A model generated the notes under the pieces. It was not told where the DNA came from, ran no database searches, and saw nothing but the letters and a program-made list of their open reading frames with translations. 8,667 nucleotides of DNA from IMG/VR virus record IMGVR_UViG_2579778894_000017. One strand, 5' to 3'. This DNA comes from a virus. Its lineage: Duplodnaviria; Heunggongvirae; Uroviricota; Caudoviricetes. This document shows positions 1-6,005 of this stretch, one piece after another. The position numbers and the translations under genes are program-made. The number at the start of each line of letters is the position of its first letter. Positions within the stretch are counted from its first letter, which is position 1.

Positions 1-295
1 TTCGTGCATTCATCTTAAATGTCCTTTTACTGCGAAAATGGACATTAGTATCGGAAACAGGGAAGGGAGGCGAAAGACGGTTTAAATGATGCGCTTACTA
101 TTAACGTTTGGTAATAACGTTTCCATTATCGCGTCCTCAACAATGAATTTTGTGATGTGGTGCCTGGTGCCTCCAGGTGACGTTAACCAGTTAACAATTA
201 ACGCCGGATACAGAGAATCCACCCATAACACTGTTTTTGGTTTTAACTGTTCCGCGTGCGCTCAGCCGCATTCACCGCATCACAAAATTCACTTT

Positions 296-353
296 AAAAA
301 CGGCGGCAGAGCAGTCACGGAGTAAAACTGATACCGCCAAACGTCACCAGAAA
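296..353 (-). ncRNA. dicF: DicF small regulatory RNA (ftsZ-targeting prophage sRNA); ends approximate
   Basis: The minus strand reads TTTCTGGTGACGTTTGGCGGTATCAGTTTTACTCCGTGACTGCTCTGCCGCCG followed by TTTTT, which matches my memory of the about 53-nt E. coli DicF RNA. A GGCGG/CCGCC stem plus U-tract forms an intrinsic terminator at the 3' end. It sits downstream of ydfC on the same strand, as in the K-12 ydfABC-dicF-dicB operon. Recognition is from memory, not a database hit. Confidence 0.8.
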
Positions 354-693
354 ATTGATAACAGAGGGCGTTGCAGCGGGGTTGTCGCTTAAGCGTATGG
401 TCAACCTGACAACCCGGTGTCCTCAACGGGGAAGGAATAACCCCGCCATACTTACCGCCGCGCCATTTCGCGGAGTGCCACAACCGGAAGCGCACGGTCG
501 ACGAAAATTTAACGACAGGCTATCTATGAACCAGCTACCTCGCCGTGCGCTTTCGCGTTATGGTCTGACTTTTCATGGAAATATCCTTTCAGTAAACTGT
601 CAGTGCCGGATGCTCACCCATGTCCGGCGCACGCACTCCACCTCACCCGTGGAGAACTCCTTAATTACCAACCTTAGCTTCGTTGGTTAGCTA

Positions 694-912
694 TTAACGC
701 GGGTATGTAATCATTCTGGCAATGCTTAATGCCGCTGCTTTTTCCAGCCTGGTGATATCCTGCTCCAGAGCGGACAGATTTTCAGCCTGCTTAGCCCTGG
801 CTTCATTGGCCCATTTCAGATCCTGCGCTGCATTAATTTTCTGGCGCATCCACTCATAAAGTTCATCATCGGTATAGTCTGGCGAGATGATGACGGGTTC
901 TCGTTTCTGCAT
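694..912 (-). CDS. ydfC: YdfC-like prophage protein (function unknown)
   Basis: 72-aa ORF on the minus strand with GAGGAA about 7 nt upstream of the ATG (complement of 910-912). Size and position (third gene after dicA) match Qin ydfC. The coiled-coil-like sequence is taken from the ORF track. Confidence 0.7.
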   Translation of the reverse strand: MQKREPVIISPDYTDDELYEWMRQKINAAQDLKWANEARAKQAENLSALEQDITRLEKAAALSIARMITYPR

Positions 913-941
913 ACTGATTCCTCGCGGTGCTGCTTCGCTTA

Positions 942-1070
942 TCAGCCGTTAGATTTTGCCGAGCTGGAAAGCGCCTGTTTAAACTCACTGAAGCTGAGAG
1001 CTTCTTCGCCTTCGGCAAGGCCTTCGAAGTATTCTTCGTAAGCCTTTTCCATGATTGTGTCGAAATCCAT
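942..1070 (-). CDS. ydfB: YdfB-like small prophage protein (42 aa)
   Basis: Manual minus-strand translation gives MDFDTIMEKAYEEYFEGLAEGEEALSFSEFKQALSSSAKSNG, stop at 942-944, with AGGTGA 5 nt upstream of the ATG. It is too short for the ORF track. Its start lies 2 nt past the ydfA stop, suggesting translational coupling. The 42-aa size matches Qin YdfB. Confidence 0.65.
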   Translation of the reverse strand: MDFDTIMEKAYEEYFEGLAEGEEALSFSEFKQALSSSAKSNG

Positions 1071-1071
1071 A

Positions 1072-1227
1072 TCACTCACCTGAGTTTCTTTCCAGCCAGC
1101 GACGGGCACCATTTTCGGTTTTAAACGTTTTGCTTCTGGTATACGTCATCGCGGTAAACGTGCCGTCCTGGTTGGGAAACACGCCGCATACCAGAGATTC
1201 GTTGTTGCCAAGATCGATAGTATTCAT
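1072..1227 (-). CDS. ydfA: YdfA-like small prophage protein (51 aa)
   Basis: Internal ATG of track ORF 1072..1281 (MNTIDLGNNESLV...) preceded by GAGGT; gives 51 aa, the size of Qin YdfA. First gene downstream of dicA on the same strand. Confidence 0.65.
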   Translation of the reverse strand: MNTIDLGNNESLVCGVFPNQDGTFTAMTYTRSKTFKTENGARRWLERNSGE

Positions 1228-1340
1228 GCTGACCTCATTTCCCCTTAACGCCGGGGTAGCGGAACTGTTTGCTGAGAACACCGTGCGGTGTCTTGGTGGA
1301 GATTAATTTAGAATAACCTAACAAATGTAGCAAGTATTTT

Positions 1341-1360
1341 TTGTTAGATTGGTCTAACAA
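1341..1360. promoter_or_regulatory. Putative DicA operator (TTGTTAG-N6-CTAACAA) in the dicA-ydfA intergenic region, at the expected dicB-operon promoter
   Basis: Perfect 7-bp inverted repeat with a 6-bp spacer, TTGTTAGattggtCTAACAA. The same TTAG-N6-CTAA core recurs twice in the dicA-dicC intergenic region. It lies about 100 bp upstream of the ydfA start. Confidence 0.55.
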
Positions 1361-1395
1361 AAAGAGTGAGGGAATCTAAGTATCTGAAAGGAGTG

Positions 1396-1803
1396 TTATT
1401 TTATTGATTTGTTTTTACGTGCTTTAAGCATTTCTTCGAAGAGTTTATTGAAATTCTCTACTCTTGCGCGCATTTCAGACAGTAAGGCTTCCTGCTCGGA
1501 GGAGGGAAGAGCATCGAATAATTCGATCAATTCTTTGTGGCTGGGAGTTAACTCGGTTTCCACATGAAGTTCTTGTGCTGGCACTGGTGCCTTGTCTTCG
1601 TCACCAAACATTAGCCATGTAGGCGAGCACTTCAGCGCATCAGCTAAAGCAAATAACCGCTTCCCGACCGGTTGGGTTTCGTCTCTTTCCCATTGTGAAA
1701 TTGTGACGTGAGCTACCCCAGCGAGGCGTGCAGCTTCTCGTTGTGTTAGGCGTAATTCTTTTCGTCGTGCCAGAACTCGCTGGCCTAGGGTTCTTGTATC
1801 CAT
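1396..1803 (-). CDS. dicA: DicA-like HTH (XRE-family) prophage repressor
   Basis: 135-aa ORF. The N-terminal HTH (LTQREAARLAGVAHVTISQWER) and the segments LFALADALKCSPTWLMFGDEDK and EMRARVENFNKLFEEMLKARK closely match my memory of E. coli DicA, also 135 aa. Divergent from a Cro-like gene; no S24 peptidase domain. Confidence 0.85.
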   Translation of the reverse strand: MDTRTLGQRVLARRKELRLTQREAARLAGVAHVTISQWERDETQPVGKRLFALADALKCSPTWLMFGDEDKAPVPAQELHVETELTPSHKELIELFDALPSSEQEALLSEMRARVENFNKLFEEMLKARKNKSIK

Positions 1804-1883
1804 AGTTAGGTAATTCTAATTTTTCTTGACTTAGGTATCCCGCGCACATTACTGTTAGGAATATCTAACAAGAGGGGGCTTTG
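1804..1883. promoter_or_regulatory. Divergent dicA/dicC control region with two palindromic operator-like sites and a -35-like TTGACT
   Basis: TTAGgtaattCTAA at 1806-1819 and TGTTAGgaatatCTAACA at 1853-1870, a perfect 6-bp inverted repeat. TTGACT at 1826-1831 faces rightward. GAGGGGG (1872-1878) precedes the dicC ATG. Confidence 0.6.
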
Positions 1884-2111
1884 ATGCTTAAAGTTGACGC
1901 AATTACTTTTTTTGGCAGCAAAACAAAACTTGCCAATGCCGCAGGAGTGAAACTGGCAAGTGTTGCTGCATGGGGGGAACTGGTTCCTGAAGGTCGCGCG
2001 ATGCGCCTGCAAGAGGCATCCGGCGGGGAACTTCAGTACGACCCCAAAGTTTATGACGAATATCGTAAGGCAAAGCGGGCGGGGCGGTTGAACAATGAAA
2101 ATCACCCCTGA
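1884..2111 (+). CDS. dicC: DicC-like (Cro-like) regulator
   Basis: 75 aa from the ATG at 1884; the track begins at the in-frame TTG at 1881. The segment LVPEGRAMRLQEASGGELQYDPKVYDEYRK...RAGRLNNENH matches my memory of E. coli DicC. Divergent from dicA across the operator region. Confidence 0.8.
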   Translation: MLKVDAITFFGSKTKLANAAGVKLASVAAWGELVPEGRAMRLQEASGGELQYDPKVYDEYRKAKRAGRLNNENHP

Positions 2112-2616
2112 ACAGGTTTGTGAGGCTCTGGATGCCTGGGTATGCCGACCAGGAATGACACAGGAGCAGGCGACGATATTAATCACGGAAGCATTCTGGG
2201 CTCTGAAAGAACGCCCGAACATCGATGTTCAACGCGTCACGTTTAATGATGGCGAGGTTGATCAACGGGCGTTGGGCGTTAACCGGGTGAAGATATTCGA
2301 ACGCTGGAAAGCTATCGACACCAGGGATAAGCGGGAAAAATTCACGGCGCTGATTCCGGCAATTATGGAGGCTATCCGGATCAGCGATTTCAGGTTGTAT
2401 TGTGAAATTACTGACGGAAAAAGCATTACGTACATGATCGCCGGGTTAAACAAAGAATATGGTGATGTGGTGGAGTCCGGGCTGCTTTTTGCGGATCCAT
2501 CTGTTGTGGAACGTGAGACTGACGAGCTTATAGAAAAAGCTATTGCTTTCAAGCATGCGTATCGTCAGCAATACCAACAAAAAGCTGGATGGAATTATGA
2601 GCCTTCTTTTTGCTGA
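2095..2616 (+). CDS. YdaT-like protein (DUF1019; reported functional analog of lambda cII in cryptic prophages)
   Basis: 173-aa ORF directly after the cro-like gene, overlapping its 3' end by 17 nt, which is the position ydaT occupies after ydaS in Rac-type prophages. Family assignment is by position and remembered motif similarity, not a database hit. Confidence 0.6.
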   Translation: MKITPEQVCEALDAWVCRPGMTQEQATILITEAFWALKERPNIDVQRVTFNDGEVDQRALGVNRVKIFERWKAIDTRDKREKFTALIPAIMEAIRISDFRLYCEITDGKSITYMIAGLNKEYGDVVESGLLFADPSVVERETDELIEKAIAFKHAYRQQYQQKAGWNYEPSFC

Positions 2617-3562
2617 ACGCCCACTGGTTATAAACACACAGCTTGCGATGAAGATTGGCTTAAATGAAGCCATTGTGTTGCAGCAGTTGCATTACTGGTT
2701 GAGAGATACCAGTTCCGGTATGGAATGTGACGGGGTTCGCTGGATTTATAACACAACAGAACAATGGCTGGAACAGTTCCCGTTCTGGTCAGAGTCAACG
2801 TTAAAACGCGCATTTGCAAGTCTGAAAACGCTGGGGCTTTTGCGTTGCGAAAAGCTCAACAAATCAAAGCGTGATATGACTAATTTTTACACGATTAATT
2901 ACGAGAGTGAGCTTTTAGATGGTGGCAAAGTGAGCGAATCCATCAGGTCAAAATGCGCCGCTCCATCGGGTCAAAATGACACGATGGAAGAGGTCAAAAT
3001 GGCACGCTCCATTGGTTCAAAACGACCCAATGTCATCGGGTCAAAATGGCCTGATGATCTTACAGAGAATACAACAGAGATTACTACAGAGAATAAAAAC
3101 ACTTCTCGTCCGGAAGCTTCGCAACCGGACCCGCAGACGGCTGAACAGGATTTTTTAACCCGACACCCTGACGCGGTTGTGTTCAGTGCGAAAAAACGCC
3201 AGTGGGGAAGTCAGGAAGATTTGGCGTGCGCACAGTGGATCTGGGGACGAATCGTGAGTCTTTACGAGCAGGCTGCCAGCGATGATGGCGAGATCACGCG
3301 ACCGAAAGAACCAAACTGGACCGCATGGGCCAATGACGTGCGCACAATGCGGATGCTGGATGGCAGAAGCCACAGACAAATTTGCGAAATGTTTGGTCGG
3401 GTACAGCGAGATCCATTCTGGGTAAAAAACATCATGAGCCCGTCAAAGCTTCGCGAAAAATGGGACGACCTGGTCATCCGCCTGGGGCGTTCACCTGTAC
3501 AGTGTTGTGTGAATCATATTTCTGAACCGGATACCGAAATTCCGCCTGGTTTCAGGGGATAA
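2597..3562 (+). CDS. Phage replication initiator (lambda O-like replisome organizer) containing the origin iterons
   Basis: Long ORF; the preferred start is the ATG at 2597 (MSLLFAERPLV...), with the track start at 2543 as an alternative. The N-terminal region looks like a winged-helix DNA-binding domain. The central low-complexity linker (SGQNDTMEEVKMARSIGSKRPNVIGSKW) is encoded by tandem iterons, the hallmark of lambda O-type initiators. Confidence 0.75.
   Translation: MSLLFAERPLVINTQLAMKIGLNEAIVLQQLHYWLRDTSSGMECDGVRWIYNTTEQWLEQFPFWSESTLKRAFASLKTLGLLRCEKLNKSKRDMTNFYTINYESELLDGGKVSESIRSKCAAPSGQNDTMEEVKMARSIGSKRPNVIGSKWPDDLTENTTEITTENKNTSRPEASQPDPQTAEQDFLTRHPDAVVFSAKKRQWGSQEDLACAQWIWGRIVSLYEQAASDDGEITRPKEPNWTAWANDVRTMRMLDGRSHRQICEMFGRVQRDPFWVKNIMSPSKLREKWDDLVIRLGRSPVQCCVNHISEPDTEIPPGFRG
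2944..3096. repeat. Putative phage replication origin: five GGTCAAAATG iterons at about 23-bp spacing, then an AT-rich block with three 12-bp tandem repeats
   Basis: Iterons at 2946-2955, 2969-2978, 2992-3001, 3014-3024 (degenerate GGTTCAAAACG) and 3039-3048, several sharing the longer CATCGGGTCAAAATG. Followed at 3061-3096 by tacagagaatac / aacagagattac / tacagagaataa. Confidence 0.7.
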
Positions 3563-3602
3563 GTGGTGATTTTAGGGCATAAAGTAATGTTCAGGAGGAC
3601 TT

Positions 3603-4010
3603 ATGGCAAAAGTATTTACACAGGAAGAGCGGGAAAAAATTAAAGGACAGGTGGTGGAACTCGTGCGCCAGAGCGGTCGTGAGACGTTACGGCAACTGGA
3701 AGCTAAAACAGGTGCGACAAGATATCTGATGAGCGTTCTTGCCAGAGAGCTGGTTGCCAGTGGTGATGTATATCACTCTGGCTATGGGGTGTTCCCGTCA
3801 GAACGGGCTCGTAAGGACTGGCAAAACGCCCGCAAAAAACTCTCGAGGGCAAAGGTGAAGAAACCTGTTGTGGTTGATCCGGGCCTTATCTGGACATTAC
3901 CCGACGGAGAAATACGCCGCTACGACAGGCGTATGAACATAATCTGTCGCGAGTGCCGGAAGAGCGAAGTTATGCAGCGTGTATTGGCGTTCTATCAGGG
4001 ATATGCCTAG
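3603..4010 (+). CDS. Hypothetical prophage protein (135 aa), possibly DNA-binding
   Basis: ORF with a strong RBS (AGGAGG) 5 nt upstream of the ATG. Basic protein with a single CxxC (CRECRK). It occupies the slot where lambda P or a DnaC-like helicase loader would normally follow the initiator. No family recognised. Confidence 0.65.
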   Translation: MAKVFTQEEREKIKGQVVELVRQSGRETLRQLEAKTGATRYLMSVLARELVASGDVYHSGYGVFPSERARKDWQNARKKLSRAKVKKPVVVDPGLIWTLPDGEIRRYDRRMNIICRECRKSEVMQRVLAFYQGYA

Positions 4011-4056
4011 AATTGTCACAGGTAATGAAATTAAAGAGTATTGGTTCGGATATGAA

Positions 4057-4085
4057 TTGACATTTTCGCGGCACAGAGCTAAAAA
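4057..4085 (+). promoter_or_regulatory. Candidate sigma70 promoter at the start of the AT-rich segment
   Basis: Consensus -35 TTGACA (4057-4062), 17-bp spacer, then TAAAAA (4080-4085). It is about 300 bp upstream of the SIR2-like ORF, so it is either a long-leader promoter or unrelated. Confidence 0.3.
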
Positions 4086-4378
4086 TAGCCTACTTGTTGG
4101 TTTTGTGTGAAAAGCAGACATTTTGAGACTCAGGATTTGTTATCAAATAAGACCAATACTTATCTATATTAATACACATTAAATACTGTGCAATACATTA
4201 TTGCATTTTATTAGATAAGCGATATTTAGGGAAAAGAAAAGTCATAGAAAACAGGCCGCTATTTGTTGTTGGATTTTATAGGCTATATCTAGATTATCTT
4301 GCCACTGCGGTCTCTGTTTACCTAACAGCTTGGGCTTCTTTGCATGCAAGTTTGTAATAACAAGAGTAATCAAACGGA

Positions 4379-5410
4379 ATGTCTATTAATCCTAAACTTA
4401 AGCGTATCGCGCGACGCTATCCAGCGTTATTCCAATATGAGTCCCCCTATATGGCAAGAAAATTAATAATATTCGGCAACGGTCTCGGTATGGCTTTAGA
4501 TCCTGCTCACTTCTCCTTAGACAGAGCGTTGGAAGAAATTTGGCATCGCCCCAATTTTTTAAAAGATATCCACAAGCAACTTATCGAGCGTTGTCTTCAG
4601 CGGCAAGGTCCACCAGAAGGAGAACATGAGTTGGATACCCTTCACCAGGCTGTCACATATTGTAAAGCTCTTGCTCAAATTGGAGAGGGGAACGTGCATT
4701 GGCTTACTGAAGATGGACTAAACTTCCCCAAAATTACCGCCACTTATATTCACAAAGTTGCAACCAGGTTGCATAATTACGATAAAGGTTTGCCACAAAG
4801 ATTCGAAAATGCGCTTGTGGAGTTTGTAAAGAACACACACTCACATATCGCGACATTAAACTATGACAAATTATTATACAATTCATTCATAGATAATGAT
4901 ATATTCAACGGGTATGATGGGGTTTTAGTTGATGGGATGCTAAGCCACGGATTTTCCTCTGCAGCGCTCGAACGGAAATACAATCGTAGGTTTGGTTATT
5001 ATTTGCACTTGCATGGTTCACCACTATTTATTAATCAGCATGAAAATGTTTTAAAACTTTCACGCTCACAACTTACTCTTGACATAGATGAACCTAGTGA
5101 GCATATAGTGTTAACTCATATAAAAAGAAAACCGTCAGTTATAGCAGCATCTAATGTTCTTTCTACGTACTGGGATTATTTGCAGTTTGCATTATTTGAA
5201 TCAGAAGAAATAATATTGTTTGGTTACTCTGGTCTCGATATTCACCTTAACCTGCTTATTCGACCTTACCTAACCTCTAAGCCTTTAAGAGTAATTGAGT
5301 GGAGCGGTGCTGGTGAACAAAACGCTCGTGAGATATATTGGAAAAACCAGTTGAGACGGGAAGTTACTGTAATTAGGTTGGATAACATCACTGATTTTAT
5401 TGATTGGTAG
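4379..5410 (+). CDS. SIR2-like (DHS-like NAD-binding fold) protein; candidate NAD+-degrading anti-phage defence effector
   Basis: 343-aa ORF in a visibly AT-rich segment. Ordered motifs typical of defence-type SIR2 domains: glycine-rich IIFGNGLG (aa 30-37), TLNYD (aa 159-163), HLHGS (aa 210-214) and FGYSGLD (aa 281-287). Start codon uncertain (4379 has a weak RBS; alternative ATG at 4451). Confidence 0.7.
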   Translation: MSINPKLKRIARRYPALFQYESPYMARKLIIFGNGLGMALDPAHFSLDRALEEIWHRPNFLKDIHKQLIERCLQRQGPPEGEHELDTLHQAVTYCKALAQIGEGNVHWLTEDGLNFPKITATYIHKVATRLHNYDKGLPQRFENALVEFVKNTHSHIATLNYDKLLYNSFIDNDIFNGYDGVLVDGMLSHGFSSAALERKYNRRFGYYLHLHGSPLFINQHENVLKLSRSQLTLDIDEPSEHIVLTHIKRKPSVIAASNVLSTYWDYLQFALFESEEIILFGYSGLDIHLNLLIRPYLTSKPLRVIEWSGAGEQNAREIYWKNQLRREVTVIRLDNITDFIDW

Positions 5411-5480
5411 CGCAATGCGAAGTTAAAGAGGCAGCCTCATATTTATCAGAGCTGGTGTACGTCCAATACAGGAGGTTATC

Positions 5481-5570
5481 GTGCTGGTTCTCAAATGCGC
5501 GCTGGCTATTGCGGCTGTAGTGGCAATTTATTGTCTTGCTATTGTTCTTATGGATCGCCTTTCTGATTGA
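5481..5570 (+). CDS. Putative 29-aa hydrophobic single-TM peptide
   Basis: AGGAGG at 5471-5476, 4 nt before GTG at 5481; translation MLVLKCALAIAAVVAIYCLAIVLMDRLSD, stop TGA at 5568-5570. Too short for the ORF track. One predicted TM helix with a charged C-terminal tail. Confidence 0.4.
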   Translation: MLVLKCALAIAAVVAIYCLAIVLMDRLSD

Positions 5571-5595
5571 TTTTATATTGGCGAGGTGACGGGAG

Positions 5596-5660
5596 TTAAG
5601 TAGAATTGCTGCGGGTGCTTGAGGCTGTCTGCCTCGGGCATGCCACCGTAAGGCAGACAG
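5596..5660 (+). promoter_or_regulatory. hok mRNA 5' leader: upstream complementary box and leader hairpin
   Basis: 5' GCGGGTGCTTGAGG (5611-5624) is complementary to CCTCAACGCACCCGC (5987-6001) near the mRNA 3' end, and GTTAAGT (5596-5601) to CACTTAAC (6001-6008). Hairpin CTGTCTGCC (5625-5633) / GGCAGACAG (5652-5660). Confidence 0.6.
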
Positions 5661-5689
5661 AGAAAAGCCCCAGTTAACATTACGCGTCC

Positions 5690-5760
5690 TGCAAGACGCT
5701 TAACATTAATCTGAGGCCCAATCTATGCTTCACAAACGTAGGTTAGCCTCTTACGCGCCG
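5690..5760 (-). ncRNA. Possible Sok-type antisense RNA overlapping the mok start (boundaries not determined)
   Basis: By analogy with hok/sok loci, the antitoxin RNA is encoded antisense to the mok translation-initiation region. A short GCGTC/GACGC inverted repeat and a duplicated TTAACATTA lie here. No promoter or terminator was pinned down. Confidence 0.25.
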
Positions 5761-5937
5761 AAAGGCAAGGAGAAGCAGGCTATGAAGCAGCAAAAGGCGA
5801 TGTTAATCGCCCTGATCGTCATCTGTTTAACCGTCATAGTGACGGCACTGGTAACGAGGAAAGACCTCTGCGAGGTACGAATCCGAACCGGCCAGACGGA
5901 GGTCGCTGTCTTCACAGCTTACGAACCTGAGGAGTAA
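5725..5937 (+). CDS. Mok-like reading frame (in-frame N-terminal extension of hok)
   Basis: 70-aa ORF sharing frame and stop with hok, the arrangement I recall for chromosomal mok/hok pairs. Its start sits where the antisense RNA would pair. Confidence 0.45.
   Translation: MLHKRRLASYAPKGKEKQAMKQQKAMLIALIVICLTVIVTALVTRKDLCEVRIRTGQTEVAVFTAYEPEE
5782..5937 (+). CDS. hokD: Hok/Gef-family type I toxin (51 aa), closest to HokD/RelF
   Basis: MKQQKAMLIALIVICLTVIVTALVTRKDLCEVRIRTGQTEVAVFTAYEPEE has the Hok-family signature (single TM, conserved RKDLCEV, TGQTEVAVF). AAGGAGAAG RBS upstream of the ATG at 5782. Confidence 0.9.
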   Translation: MKQQKAMLIALIVICLTVIVTALVTRKDLCEVRIRTGQTEVAVFTAYEPEE

Positions 5938-6005
5938 GAGACCAGGCGGGGGAGAAATCCCTCGCCACCGCTGATGTGTCAGGCATCCTCAACGCACCCG
6001 CACTT

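Noticed and set aside
664-688. Hairpin ACCAAC...GTTGGT just downstream of ydfC
   Set aside because: Only a 6-bp stem with a 9-nt loop and no U-tract on the minus strand; too weak to call a terminator. It may be an RNA processing site in the DicF precursor.
86-690. Track ORFs 86..325 (+), 289..495 (-) and 355..690 (+)
   Set aside because: Translations are Arg/Pro/Cys-rich with no domain-like pattern and overlap each other. The region is better explained as the DicF sRNA plus its precursor/processing region and the dicF-dicB spacer.
866-1306. Track ORFs 927..1124 (+), 866..1075 (-) and 1055..1306 (+), and the N-terminal 18 codons of 1072..1281 (-)
   Set aside because: They are antisense or out-of-frame shadows of the compact minus-strand ydfA/ydfB/ydfC genes, which have proper RBSs and sizes matching the known Qin genes.
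1640-2222. Minus-strand ORFs 1640..1849 and 1806..2222
   Set aside because: They overlap the dicA coding frame and run antisense through the operator region, dicC and the YdaT-like gene. Low-complexity translations with no RBS.
2543-2596. Upstream start (2543) for the initiator ORF
   Set aside because: The ATG at 2597 is the more likely start, as it overlaps the YdaT-like stop in the usual coupled arrangement. The longer form cannot be excluded without conservation data.
2944-3050. Possibility that the GGTCAAAATG repeats are a CRISPR array or mobile-element terminal repeats
   Set aside because: Repeat units are only about 10 bp at about 23-bp periodicity and sit inside an open reading frame. 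That fits replication iterons, not CRISPR repeats or inverted repeats of an IS element.
2262-3477. Antisense/alternative-frame ORFs inside the YdaT-like and initiator genes (2262..2552, 2446..2673, 2628..2819, 2976..3158, 3155..3379, 3262..3477)
   Set aside because: All lie within or antisense to well-supported long ORFs and have Ser/Arg-rich compositions typical of frame shadows.
3897-4121. Minus-strand ORF 3897..4121
   Set aside because: Antisense to the 3' end of the 135-aa gene and running into the AT-rich intergenic region; no RBS. Likely spurious.
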